Assembly: GCF_006345805.1 (NCBI RefSeq)
Contig: NC_043011.1
Coordinates: forward strand, 63,190,464-63,254,463
Length of the DNA: 64,000 nt
Reading direction: 5' to 3'
Source: Octopus sinensis
Lineage: Eukaryota
Position 1 is the first letter of the stretch. Each line of letters starts with the position of its first letter. This document shows positions 38,790-52,859 of this stretch, in pieces. Position numbers and translations under genes: made by a program. The notes under the pieces are model-generated. The model was not told where the DNA came from, did not search any database, and saw only the letters and a list, made by a program, of their open reading frames with translations.

Positions 38790-38825
38790 ATGATGTAACA
38801 GATGTGCGTCGAATATAATAAATTG
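38790..38825 (-). promoter_or_regulatory. Conserved putative core promoter of gene A (CAGATG E-box-like motif plus TATA-like TTTATTATA on minus)
   Basis: CAGATG at 38799-38804 is 74-79 nt from the ATG; the block is nearly identical to 55470-55505. Confidence 0.45.
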
Positions 38826-39159
38826 TAATCGTAATGTAAAGGCGATATCAAATGTATTCAATTACCATTATAAGGGTTTTGTTATTAATTCGCCATACGC
38901 AGTGCTGAGTATGGCATAAACATCATGGAGGGGGAGAAAGGCCACATTAAGATTTGTGTAGCTTTCATAATTTTATTTAAAACAGATGTTCCTAATGACA
39001 TGAGCAAATTTATTTCTTTGAACGGGGCTATATGTATGATAAATCGAAGGAAGAAGCATTTTATGTATGATAACCTGCGAAAGAATAAGGAAAATGTATA
39101 TAGTCAAAAAGCTTATAGGATTTCATAGATTAGATTTCGTATCTAAGCAAGGGCTCTAC

Positions 39160-39500
39160 TCAGAAATTAGCACGTGCCATTTGATTTGAAGGATTCTGAA
39201 GCTGCAAATGAGGCAGCGTAACAGTGTTTCTAAATTGTCTCTGTAGACGTCGCTCACCATACTCTCCACATTGTGGATCCAGCTAGAATGGATGTCAGCG
39301 TTGGCCGACCACATGAAAGATAAACACAGCAGATATTGCTTTGTTTGTTTCTTAAACGAGGCATTAACTGAGATTCTGATCAACAGGGCGATTTGGAATA
39401 CTCAGGAAGATACAAACACACGGTGTATGCAACACTATGCTGCAACTCGCACCGACCTGCATGCGACTAGACGTAAAGACAAAATAATTAAAAAATGTGA
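39160..39500 (-). mobile_element. Decayed RTE-type LINE fragment
   Basis: YRDNLETLLRCLICSFRILQIKW resembles the RTE ...RCLRRILxIxW motif. Confidence 0.45.
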
Positions 39501-40738
39501 GAATTACTGCTCATAATTAGTACAGGATTCAGCATGCACACATTGGTTTTTTTGTTTTGTAACCAATCTACCTATTTTTAGTAATAAAATACGAAAGGTA
39601 GAAAATCTATATATTTCGTGGAAGGCAGCTAATCCTGTATGCTACCAGGGTGGTTCTATCCGGTATTCAATTCTCCGGTTTCCATAACTTGTCCAGTGAT
39701 TTGTAGAATGTTCGTGAAGACTATTTGGCAGAGAATTACAGCTTCATCGGTTCCAAATCATCAGATTTGATCGATCGAATCATATTTGTGTTGGAGTGAA
39801 TGTTTTCAATGGCGAAGGGAGTTTTAATATCTAGTCACATCATTTATTGGAAGATACATTGGTATGATCAGCAGCAGTAGGAGCTAATTGGTATGTGACA
39901 CATGGGGCATATTGCATTTAAGCCGAAATATATACAGATAAAGTAATTATTAGTAACGAACATTAATTATATCCATTTCTACGTGAGTTCATTTGAAGAA
40001 TATAAGACTAATGGAAACGTAATTTTCTAAATGAATTGTCATTAAATTTATCATGTTAGTCGTTTAGTTCAATTTTTATAAATTTACTCCGAGGTTTGTA
40101 GGGAAGGAATCCTTGAGAATTACAAAATCACACGGATGTCTATAGAGAACGATCCCAATTGCACTTTCTCAATCCTCAACTTACACTGAAATGTAATGTG
40201 TTTAAGTACAAAGATGTTAATATGCATCTAATAAGAGAAGAAGACGGAGGGAGAAAGCGATGCTTTCAAAAGCAATGACTGAATCAAGAATGACATCTTG
40301 AATTGTAATTAAGCTTCTCACAGCCTGTCCCCATGGATACAAAAAGAATAAAGGAAGACTCTTTCGCCTTGTCTTTCGTTCCATTTGATTTTTCTTGTTT
40401 CTTTCTCTTTCCTTCTTGTCCTTCTTTCTGTCCTTCTCTTTATCTGCCTGTCTTCGAAGAACAAAATTACCATCTTGAAATGTCGGTTAGCATTGACCAT
40501 CTGTACTGTTATTTCCCTGACTTTCTCCGACTACATTCCTTGTTTGTTCTGCTCTCTGTTCTCTTTCCTGTTTGTACCTTTCTCTCTCCCTCTCTCTCTT
40601 CTCTCCATCCTTCCGTCCCCTCTTCTTTTTCTCCTCTTCTAAACAATACATACACACACACACAATCACACACAAATATATATTTATTTCTCTCTGCCTC
40701 TTCTAATAGAAACTCACATATACACACACGGGTGCACG

Positions 40739-40770
<32 letters not shown>

Positions 40771-40780
<10 letters not shown>

Positions 40781-41089
40781 GAAATGAGGTAATTAGAAGA
40801 TCGGATGGTTTATATTTACAGATATTTATTTATATATTACATGTTTTACATATATATCTTACTTAGATCATTAGCGCTTTCTCCCATTCCAGTGGGGTTT
40901 TCAAATAAAAATAATTCCTTTGTGGGGAATTTTAATCAGGAATTATTTTGATTTGAAAACCCCACTAGAATGGGAGAAAGCGCTAATGATCTAATTGATA
41001 TGATATATATGTAAAATATGTAATATATAAATAAATATTTGTAAATATAAACCATCCGATCTTCTGATTACCTCATTTCTTCTAATATA
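40771..41089. repeat. ~320-bp fold-back palindrome (arms ~150 bp, ~20-nt spacer)
   Basis: TTAGAAGAAATGAGGTAAT...CAAAT pairs with ATTTG...ATTACCTCATTTCTTCTAA. Confidence 0.92.
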
Positions 41090-41117
41090 TAATACCTGTA
41101 CATCATCTCAAAACCAT

Positions 41118-41162
<45 letters not shown>

Positions 41163-41239
41163 TGTCATCTCTTATGTCCCTGCCGTAATGCTTCACTTAC
41201 ACGCACTCCAGCTTAATTTCATTCGTCCATAATCCAAAG

Positions 41240-41500
41240 ATACTTGTTGTTAATGTCCTGTTGCTTGTATTTGTTTTTTGCGTTACATGTCTCCGTTCTT
41301 TCCGTCCTTGTTTTCGTATACATTCGCTATTTTTCTCCAAGGAATCTAGTGCTCTTAGTTTAGATTTTCCTTTGGGGCTGGCTAGATTGGAGCAGTCTCG
41401 AGTATAACCAGCCGAAACTGCAAAGATGGTGTAGCACTTGATTGCTTAAAGAAAACGTCGAATGACCCGTCCTTGTTTTTCTTTTCCCTTCCGTATCAAC
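41240..41500 (+). mobile_element. Interspersed repeat family (also 28470-28650, 61450-61640, and inverted at 52140-52400)
   Basis: Shared core CTTAGTTTTTCCTTGGRGCTGG...CAGCCGAAATTGC...CTTGACTGAAGATT. Confidence 0.7.
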
Positions 41501-41614
41501 TAACTGTTTGGATGTTTTGTTGTCGCGTTTTAAAATTATAATTTTAAATATCTATATCTGTACGTATCTATCTATCTATCTGTCTGTCTAACTATTTATC
41601 TATCAATCTATCTG

Positions 41615-41694
<80 letters not shown>

Positions 41695-41709
41695 ACTATT
41701 TATCTATCA

Positions 41710-41760
<51 letters not shown>

Positions 41761-41776
41761 CCTCTGTATATATATA

Positions 41777-41825
<49 letters not shown>

Positions 41826-41842
41826 TCAAAATTTTAATTTAC

Positions 41843-41903
<61 letters not shown>

Positions 41904-42039
41904 CATTACTTCTTTTAGTTATTAGTTTGCGACACTATGAACGCCTCAACAGGTTTAGTCGGTTGAGTCAACTCCAGAACAATAGCTTTTAATCCCTGTT
42001 ATATATTTCTTTTGTTTACTTAGCCAAACCGATTATATA

Positions 42040-42560
42040 CAGGGTTATAAATCTTTGTGAAGTTGTGGGTGGGCCAAAAAGTGGCACAGGAGCACACATG
42101 CGAGGACACACTTGGCAGTACACTCATGCTCTTTGCACTTCCATTTAATCACTGAGCTGCAATGTTTGTACTTTTTATAATTTCCTTCGAATGTAGATTT
42201 CTGCCTTTTTGGAGATCTTACTTCAACGTTTTCTTTCTTGTAACTACAGTCCCTCTTTTGAGGGTTGCATTTCCTAGTTATAACTGTTGAAGAGGCTGTC
42301 ATCCTGAAGAGGCTCCAAACGTGTCATCCACAACGGATATTATGTAATCATCGTTCCGAAAATGTTATCAGTCAAGTTTTCTTTTCATGTTGAGGAACAG
42401 ATATGGCCAAATCAGAAGCATAAGGAAGATGAAGAACCAGCTTAAAGAAACAGTCACGAAAAAAAAAAGCCATTGAATCCTTGGGCATGCGTACTGGGAG
42501 CTTGTACTAACAATACAAGACAGCTTTCGTCTGTTGGCAATTGGTTTCGATAGCCTTTCA
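42040..42560 (-). mobile_element. Probable 3' end of an RTE-type LINE
   Basis: Broken frames give ...YCQVCPRMC.../...LAHPQLHKDL*, resembling the RTE C-terminal C2H2-like end. Confidence 0.45.
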
Positions 42561-42657
42561 TAACACCCTTAACGCCCTGGTATAATACTCTATATTGATG
42601 GCGTGGCCGTTAAACAGATACTTAATACATTTTGCGTCGTAATAGACAAATGGTTGC

Positions 42658-42968
42658 TGGAGCGACTGTGTGGTAAGTAGCTCGCTTACCAACAACATGG
42701 TCCCGGGTCCAGTGCCATTGCATGGCACCTTGGGCAAGTATCTTCTACTATAGCCTCAGGCCGACCAATACCTTGTGAGTGGATTTGGTAGACAGTAACT
42801 GAAAGAAGTTGTCGCATATATACATATATTTGCGTATGTATATGTTTGTGTGTCTGTGTTTGTCACCCAACATCGCTTGGAAACCCATGTTGGTGTGTTT
42901 GCGTCCCCGTCACTTAGCGGTTCGGCAAAAGATACCGCTAGAATAAGTACTAGGCTTACAAAGAATAA
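42658..42968 (+). mobile_element. tRNA-derived SINE
   Basis: GCGACTGTGTGGTAAGTAGCTCGCTTACCAAC...GGCACCTTGGGCAAG...CACTTAGCGGTTCGGCAAAAG. Confidence 0.85.
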
Positions 42969-43275
42969 GAATATATTGATACAATTTGTGTTCCGCAATA
43001 CGTTCATTACAAATTGGACGATGATTTCGTGAAATACGATTATATATTTATGCAGGATTTTCATTTTTGAAAGTATTTTTCTAAATCTGAGTAATTGATG
43101 TAGTTAGAAATTGTCCCCTAACAAGTGCCTACATCATTGGTATGGAGGTGTAGCGAATACAGGAGTTGGATGCGGAATAATATGGAACTCAACTCACATA
43201 CCTGCAAGGAGATTTACGAATAACATCTACTGCTTTATATTCAGGCTATTTTAATACATTCTAAAACCTAAAGCG

Positions 43276-43362
<87 letters not shown>

Positions 43363-44194
43363 TTCTGAAAATACTTTAAAAGAAAATCCATCTCTAAGTT
43401 AAAAAGACAGGATATGTAATATTATTTTCATCAGATTATCGCTAATATTTACAATATATTTGCGTATCGGTCTTGTTGATTGTAGATGCTTACAATTAAC
43501 ACTCATGTATTTAGGCGACCGGCATCAAAAGAACAGGAACAACACGTTGCGTGGCAAAAAGCAGTATTTTATTTACACATTGACCACCTTTATTACATAA
43601 TATGCTTCGTTGTTAAATAGACGTCAAAAATCATATCTGGAAAAATAAGATTAATCACGTTTTACATGCGTATTCAAATTTATCATTTAAACTGTTAAAG
43701 ATAATATTTGCAAGGAATTTAGTAATATATCTATGTGACAGAATTGTTAATATTAATGTGACAGAATCATGAATAAGTTGTTACAAAGATAGCTTCGATG
43801 ACATTGCTGTAAAAGACTATTCGTAGTCTACCATTCTTACTAGCAATCAACTGATAACAATGAAATCTATCGTTGTCTTTTAGTATTACCCGCGGCATCA
43901 TTGATTTAGTTGCCTTTAAGATGATCAAATATTGATCGAATACTGAATTATTATACATATATTTAATTTATATAAATATTTATTGATATCAATATGCATA
44001 TGTAGCATTACAGTTGTACTATTTCTTTAGATATCAAATACAAGTAATGTTTCATTAAAATATCACGTCCACATGGGTTTGTTCGGATCATTGTTCTGGT
44101 AGAGATGTTTTATGACATGAGAAATTAGGTTCGGTTTCTCAAAATACAGCGTCACACATTGTTTGGATGTGATGACTGATGCAATTTATTTACC

Positions 44195-44238
44195 TTATTC
44201 AAACTCGTCTCCACGCGTGAAATTCTGTACGGTTCGCG
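44195..44238 (-). CDS. Gene B exon 4 coding part (P-RTVQNFTRGDEFE*); exon 44194-44238
   Basis: Acceptor CTTTTTCAG, TAA G|GTAAAT; 45 nt as in A. Confidence 0.87.
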
Positions 44239-44337
44239 CTGAAAAAGATTATTAATATTTTGTGAATGCCTGTTATTTAGATGCAGGATAGCTATATACC
44301 ATATAGACTATCTATCTATCTATCTATCTATCTATCC

Positions 44338-44407
<70 letters not shown>

Positions 44408-44708
44408 ACATACATACATACATACATACATACATACATACATACATACATACATACATACATACATGCATACATACATACATACGTATATATGATGATG
44501 GCTGGCCCCTCGTTATCGCGTATGGCCATTGCACGAAGCTTAACCGTTACTTGTGCTGTGATGGAATGTAACTTTTTAGCCCAGCTAAAGATCTACAATG
44601 TCTCGTACAGAATTGGCAGTTAAACCCTTTATGGCAATAACCGGCTGTAGTTGTAACTGGGCTATATTTATATTTATATATGTATATATATATATATATA
44701 TATACATC

Positions 44709-44867
44709 GGAGTGGCTGTGTGGTAAGTAGCTTGCTTACCGATCACATGGTTCCGGGTTCAGTTCCACTGCGTGGCACCTTGTGCAAGTGTGTTCTACTA
44801 TAGCCTCGGGCCGACCAAAGCCTTGTGAGTGGATTTGGTTGAGGGAAACTGAAAGAAGCCCGTCGTA

Positions 44868-44953
<86 letters not shown>

Positions 44954-45150
44954 TGTGTGTTTGTCCCCCTAGTATTGATTGACAACCGATGCTGGTGTGT
45001 TTATGTCCCCGTCACTTAGCGGTTCGGCAAAAGAGACCGATATATTAAGTACTTGGCTTACAAAGAATAAGTCCCGGGGTCGAGTTACTCGATTAAATGT
45101 GGTTCTCCAGCATGGCCGCAGTCAAATGACTGAAACAAGTAAAAGAAAGA
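44709..45150 (+). mobile_element. Full-length tRNA-derived SINE with internal (AT)n and a LINE-like tail
   Basis: GGAGTGGCTGTGTGGTAAGTAGC...GTTCCGGGTTCAG head; tail CTCCAGCATGGCCGCAGTCAAATGACTGAAAC. Confidence 0.88.
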
Positions 45151-45330
45151 AAGACATATGCATATCTATGTATATATATATATATATATGTGTGTGTGTG
45201 CGTGCGTGTGATGGTGTGTGTGTGTTGATGGGTGTGTGCTTCGCGGTTAATATTTTGATTATCATTTTCATTTGGATTTACTTCAACTGTAATATAACAT
45301 GAAATTAAAACTAACAAATTAAATGCTTAC

Positions 45331-45419
45331 GATCGCAGGTAATAGAAAATCTCAACGCCCAAGTTCGCGCACATTGTGGACTTGGACCCTTTAAACACTT
45401 CTCATAATATTTGAAAAGA
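45331..45419 (-). CDS. Gene B exon 3 (L-LFKYYEKCLKGPSPQCARTWALRFSITCD-P), 89 nt, phase 2/1
   Basis: Acceptor ATTTTCCAG, donor GTAAGC, open frame. Confidence 0.92.
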
Positions 45420-45990
45420 CTGGAAAATTCAAAAATAGATTTTACTTCGGTAGAATTTCACTAAAATGTCATCTCTTATTTTGTGTAAGATATTTTTTCT
45501 ATGAATCATATATAGATACATATTTGAAGAATTTTTATCACCCTGTTTGATTTCTTGCTTTACATAAAATTAAATAAACACGAACTAATATAAGCGAATG
45601 CATGTAACTGACCAGCTGTAAAAAGATCCTTGCCGCCGTGCTTATAAATTTTGTTCCGAAAAGCATAATTATGCGTTGCATAAACCATCATTTTATTATG
45701 AATGAGGAGAGTAAATTATTGTCATATTTAATGAAATGCATTCATTTTGAGAAACAGAAATCAGCTAAATAATTTAAGCAATTATAATAATAATTTGGCT
45801 ATTTCATTAATAGAAAGAGAAGCAATAATTTCTGAGATATATATTACACTGAAAGAATAGATATCATTTCGGTTTTACTAACTCGTGAAGTTGAAGTTAG
45901 AAAGCTAGGAAAATAAATTATACGAAAACTAAATAAAATAAAATCAAATTCGTATAACATCATATTCAACGATAACAATAATATATGTAC

Positions 45991-46093
45991 AGACAACGTT
46001 GCATGAGATTTTTAGGTGAAGGTATAGCCCGATTGGCGGGTCCGCATTCTTGAGTGGCCATTTGAAAACAGTATCTTGGCAGGTTAGAACCAC
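45991..46093 (-). CDS. Gene B exon 2 (G-GSNLPRYCFQMATQECGPANRAIPSPKNLMQRC-L), 103 nt, phase 1/2
   Basis: Acceptor ATATTCTTTCAG, donor GTACAT, open frame. Confidence 0.92.
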
Positions 46094-46707
46094 CTGAAAG
46101 AATATTTTTAGTATGTAATTATTATCATGTTGAATGAATGGCTTAAAATACGCAAAAATCAGTTCCAAACAGAAAAATATACTTCGTAGTTTCTAGATGT
46201 TATATACGTAAAAAATTGTGTTGGATTAAAGATTAAAACGCGACATATTTGTCTTTGTTAGAAGTGGGAAAAACCTAATTAAAATTTATTTGCAGTTAAA
46301 TCAAAGTCATTATCTAATCAAAATGTCTATGCTAATTAATTATATTTTCAATTGATTTCAGTATGTCCGTATAACAAACACACACACACATTGATAAACT
46401 AATACACACAAGGACGAACACTACTTAATAGTTTTGGTGATGGGTCACTTTATTGAAGGGTTTCATCGAATGACTCGAATTCAGGACAAATCGGGTGTGA
46501 CCTGTTCTGTTTTTATTCAAACGGTCCTTGTCTAACCGCTAAGTTGTTGTGGAGAAAAAACAAATTAATATCGCTTGTCAACACGTAGACTCACACACAA
46601 AGACAGAAAAATACACACGCACAAACACGCCGAAAAACGCACCCTCACACATATCTATCGGTCTAGCTACATATCACACTATCCATCTCTCTCTCTCTCT
46701 CTCTCTC

Positions 46708-46761
<54 letters not shown>

Positions 46762-46769
46762 CATATATA

Positions 46770-47775
<1,006 letters not shown>

Positions 47776-47829
47776 TGCGTGTATGTTTGTGTTTGTCCAC
47801 CTAGCATATATATATATATATATATATCC

Positions 47830-50800
47830 TTAAATCTTTAAAAATGTTTTAGCCCGAAGGCCGCGGCCATGCTCGGGCACCACCGCTGAATGAGCTACAC
47901 TAATTTGTGAACCCACCTCTGATATGTAGCACTTGATCAACAAGGGAGTTCGATGCTGCTGCCCGCATCCGCGTCTCCTGTCGTGAGGTAGGCTCATCTG
48001 GGACTCCAGACAAGAAGAGATCCAGTTTAGTTTTAAAGAAACCCACATCCACACCATGTAAGTCTCTCAGGCATTTAGGGAGGATGTTAAAGAGCTGTGG
48101 TCCTCTGAAACCCAAGCTGTTGCAGTATCTGGACCTGTATTTTGATGGTGATGTTGGAATCCTTGGCACCATGCAGTGGCGCCCCGTTCTGCGGTTCGAG
48201 TAACTTTGGATGCCAAAGTTTGGGACAAGACCCTCCAGGATTTTCCAGATGTATATCACCGCATATCTCTCCCGCCTCCGCTCTAGGGAGAAGAGGTTTA
48301 ATACCTTCAGTCTTTCCCAGTAGCTGATATTTTGCATTGAGACGATTTTCTTTGTGTAGCTTCTCTGAATTGCTTCGAGTTCTGTTGTTAGTTTTATATT
48401 TGTGTGGTGACCAAAGTTGGGAGTAGTAGTCCAAGCGGCTGAGGACGAATGTTTTCCATAGAACCATCAGTGTCTCCTTCTCTCTTGTTCTGAAAGTTCG
48501 GAGAATCCATCCAGCTAGCCGTCTGCATTTTATCACCAGATTAGCAATGTGCATTTGGAAAGTTGCATCATTGCTCATGTCAATGCCCAGGTCACGCACT
48601 GATTTTGACTCAGGGATTGCAATTCTTACTGGGCCAGTGTATCCAGTCTTCACGTCATTTACCTTTGTGTGCCAGTAGCGCAGGGCCTGGAACTTACCTG
48701 CATTAAACTGCATGTTGTTGTCCTCAGCCCACCTGTATATTGTGTCCAGCTCATGTTGCAGATGCGCAATATTTTCGGGGTTTTGTATGCGTGGGAAAAT
48801 TTTTGTGTCATCTGCATAGCTAGCAAGGGTGGTCATCGTAGCAACTGAAGGCATGTCTGAAAGGGCCACTATGAACATCAGTGACCCCAAGACAGTGCCC
48901 TGTGGGACACCGCTTGTTATTTGCGTTTCTTTGGAGGTGGCTCCATTGCTCACAACTGCCTGTTTTCTGTCTTTTAGGAAGTTGTGCAGCCACTTTCCAA
49001 GTTTCCCGCCTATGCCGAGACCACGCAGTTTGTGACAGATCATACCATGGTCGACTTTATCAAAGGCTTTTGCAAAGTCGAGATATATTACATCCACATT
49101 TGAGCCATTTAGTAGCTGTTTCAGCACCCAGTCATAGTGTTACAGGAGCTGTGTTAGGCAGCCTCTACCTGGTCGAAATCCATGCTGGGTGTCAGACAGC
49201 AAGTCATTTTCTTCAAGGAACATGATTAGTTTCTTACGGACTATTCGTTCCATGACTTTGCTGATGTGTGAGGTCAGAGAGATATGTCTATAATTTTTAG
49301 CATCTGCTCTGCTACCTCCCTTATGAATAGGGCATATTATCCCCTCTTTCAATTTGACTGGGAGCTTACCACATGCAAGAAAGCTCTGAAAAAGAAGCTG
49401 TAGCGGTTTTGCAAGGGCTCGTTTGCACGATTTGAGAAGGATCGCTGGGAATCCATCAGGTCCAGCAGCTGCGTTTGTGTCAATTTCATCAATGGCTAGT
49501 GTGATATCATCATCTTCGATGTTGATGTACTCAATTTTTGTCTCTTTGGCCGCAGGTAAAGTGGCAAAGGATTCTTCTGAGTTGTTTACTTGCCTGTGTC
49601 CTAGACGTGTAGTGAACACACTTTGGAACTGTTCGTTCAGTATTTCACTTATCCTCGTGGTATTTCCTGTGAGAGAGCCATCTTTTTGGAAGAGAGGTCC
49701 TATTCTCTGGTGCACTGTGGATGTTTCTTTGGCAAACTTAAAGAAAGCTTTAGGGTTTGATTTTATATTTTCTATTACCCAAGCTTCTTTATCTGCTCTC
49801 TCCTTTTCATGGGACTGATGTAGACTTTTCTCAGTTTCCATTAGCATTCTCTCGAGCCGAGACTTCTCACCACTTTTGGTGTGCTTGCTCAGGCGGTTTG
49901 CAATCCTTGTCCGTCGTCTCATAAGAATCCTCCTTTCTCTAGGGATCCTGTTTTTGTTCTTGTGTGTGCTGGCCCTGCACACTGGGACATATTTGTCACA
50001 TATGGCTTGTATTATTGGCATGAAGTGTTTGTGTTTCATGTTTATGTCCGGTGTGGAGAGACATTCAGGCCAATCCTGTTTGAGGATCTCTTTCTCAATC
50101 AACTTCCAGTTGGCTTTATGAAAGTTTAAGTTGGAGAGATGGTGGGTGCTTCGTATAGGCTGTGTGTCTACGGGGGCTTTTGTTCCATACATAGACAGCT
50201 CTATTATGTTGTGATCCGATATCATTGTCGGCATCACATTAACATTATGGATAATATCCATATTGTTTGTGAAGCAGAGATCCAGTATATTATCTGCCCT
50301 TGTTGGTTGCAGAACTATTTGCTCCATGAAAGAGGCATTTGTGAGATGGAGCAGGGACTCCACCTGTGCCTGCTGATGGTGTGTCATCCCTGGGAGCATC
50401 TGCTCCCCAGGCCATTCCACATTGGGGAGGTTAAAGTCACCCATGAAGAATACACTGTTGTGCTGTTCAAGGTTCGTGAGGACTTCTCCTATTTTTGTTA
50501 GGCAGTCTTCAAACATGCCTGAGTGTTTTGGGGCATCTGTTGGACGATATGTAGTGCATATGACGATATTCAGTTGTCCTATGTGTACAATTTGAGTTTC
50601 ACATACTGAGTTTGAATATGACAGCAGGACCTGGGGCGTGAGGTAATCTCGGATGTACATTGCAACTCCAGCATGGCTCCTCCCTTTTCTATCTGTGCGT
50701 ATGATTGCATATTGCGGCATGTGTATTTCTGCATCACCTATATCGGGTTCAAGATGCGTTTCTGTGAGTGCCATGCATATAGCTTGATTGCATGTCACAA

Positions 50801-51292
50801 GGTCTCTCAGGAATGAAATTTTCTTTTTACAGTTTCCGCGCAGCAGCCCTCCTACATTCAGTAGAAATATTTTTGTGGTGTGTGTGTTGGTGTTGGTGTC
50901 TGTGGTGGCCATCCTGCATCTGTTGGAGGTGGCCTTATGTGGTGGTAGTTCCAGCTTTGCGCTTGTAGCCAGGTCAGCTGCTGAACAACTTTTTGTGCCA
51001 TGCACACAAAAGATTGCTGTTCAGCTGCCGCCCTTCTCACATCTGGGTGAAGCTGGCCACCTGTTGGGTTTCCGCGCACCACATCTGCATACCGTCTTTC
51101 AGTAGTGGTCAGTGCGCTTTTTTCCCTTCTTTTAACTTTTTCTTTTTGTTCTCCCTGAGGGAGGGATCTCTGTCTCGCGTCCGTGCGGTTTTGGTAGGGC
51201 CTCCGATGTGCAAAGCGACAGTTTGCACCTTCGACGCCGTACCAGCAGTCCCCCCTCAGGTAGAATTTGCAGATGTTTCTTTCTTTGCCCTT
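47830..51292 (-). mobile_element. CR1/L2-superfamily LINE: ORF1 C-terminus (CCCH finger) plus near-complete ORF2 (APE and RT), with one stop and one frameshift
   Basis: ORF 49140..51005 has LLNVGGL, ALTETHL, FMGDFNLPNVEW and DHNII (APE), and AAGPDGFP. ORF 48087..49127 has YLDFAKAFDKVDH, GVPQGTVLG and YADDTK. ORF 47900..48337 carries the C-terminus. TAA is at 49138-49140. Confidence 0.95.
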
Positions 51293-51377
51293 ATATATAT
51301 ATATTTAGTATATTTCATGGCATTATTCTTCATAAATTTTCTCGTGAGAAATATATATCTAATAAATAAATAAATAA

Positions 51378-51464
<87 letters not shown>

Positions 51465-52059
51465 CATATATACCTTTCTGTCGCTCTAGCCATTTAAACT
51501 TGACGTGCTATTTTCAGTTTCTTTATACCAAATCTACTCCGAAGTACCTTACTCTGCTCACCACTGGGACACATACAAAACGTTGGCAATGGGAAGAAAA
51601 CGTCTTAATACACAGCTACAAGTATATATATTTGCTGTCCTTTAAAATTATTTCGTATACACCGTGCCATAAATTCCCAAATACCCAAATCTTAACAAAT
51701 AATCTCAGTTTAGCATAACGAGTTTACGGCGTACGTACCCCAAATCTCCGTACCCAGCACGAAACATTACACAACATTGCTTACAACGAATGGGTTCCTT
51801 TATAATGCAAACTTTTCAGAATGAAATATGCAAAGCAATATATATATTTCCCACGAGAAATTTTTATCAAATATAATGCTATGCAAAATATTATATATTG
51901 AAGTTTAATAATATTTATAATACAGACGAGATAATTATCGTTGTATTTATAAATCGGTTTTTCATTGTTCCGATATCCATAATATCTACCGATACAAATA
52001 TGTATCATATATGTATGTACGTTTATGTATGTATATCTATATCTATATTTATCTATCTA

Positions 52060-52141
<82 letters not shown>

Positions 52142-52424
52142 AAATGGGAAAAGAACACAAAACATCAAGAAGACGATATAAAAAAACACGAACGGGTCAT
52201 TCGCAGCCTTTAATCTTCAGTCAAGAAACGAATCATCCTCGAAATTTAAGCTGATTAATCTTGCGATTGCTCCAATCTGACCAGCCCCAAGGAAAAACTA
52301 AGCTAAGAGCATTAGATTCTTTGGAAAAAAGCTTCGAATGCATACGAAACAAGGACGGAAAAACGGACGATGTTACACGAATATGAATACAAAAATAATA
52401 CGAAAAGACAATAATAATAATAAC

Positions 52425-52456
<32 letters not shown>

Positions 52457-52570
52457 GTATATATGGATATATGTATAAATTAAGTTTAAGATAAAACCAC
52501 TATTAGGCAATTCAAACAGTGATAGACGTAAACAAAAAATTTTAAAAAAAATTAATCAACATAATATATA

Positions 52571-52605
<35 letters not shown>

Positions 52606-52731
52606 TAAAACTGTTCGGCCATGAAAGGGGACTATGTTGAAAAATAAATCATCAGATATCTTGTATTACGTTTTTTTTTTTGAGGTTCAATACTTTTTAG
52701 ACACCCTTCGTATGCACACACACACACACAT

Positions 52732-52798
<67 letters not shown>

Positions 52799-52859
52799 TG
52801 CACATACATACGTATATAATAAATATTTAAGAAAGGAAATAGGATAGCCTATAATTGCT

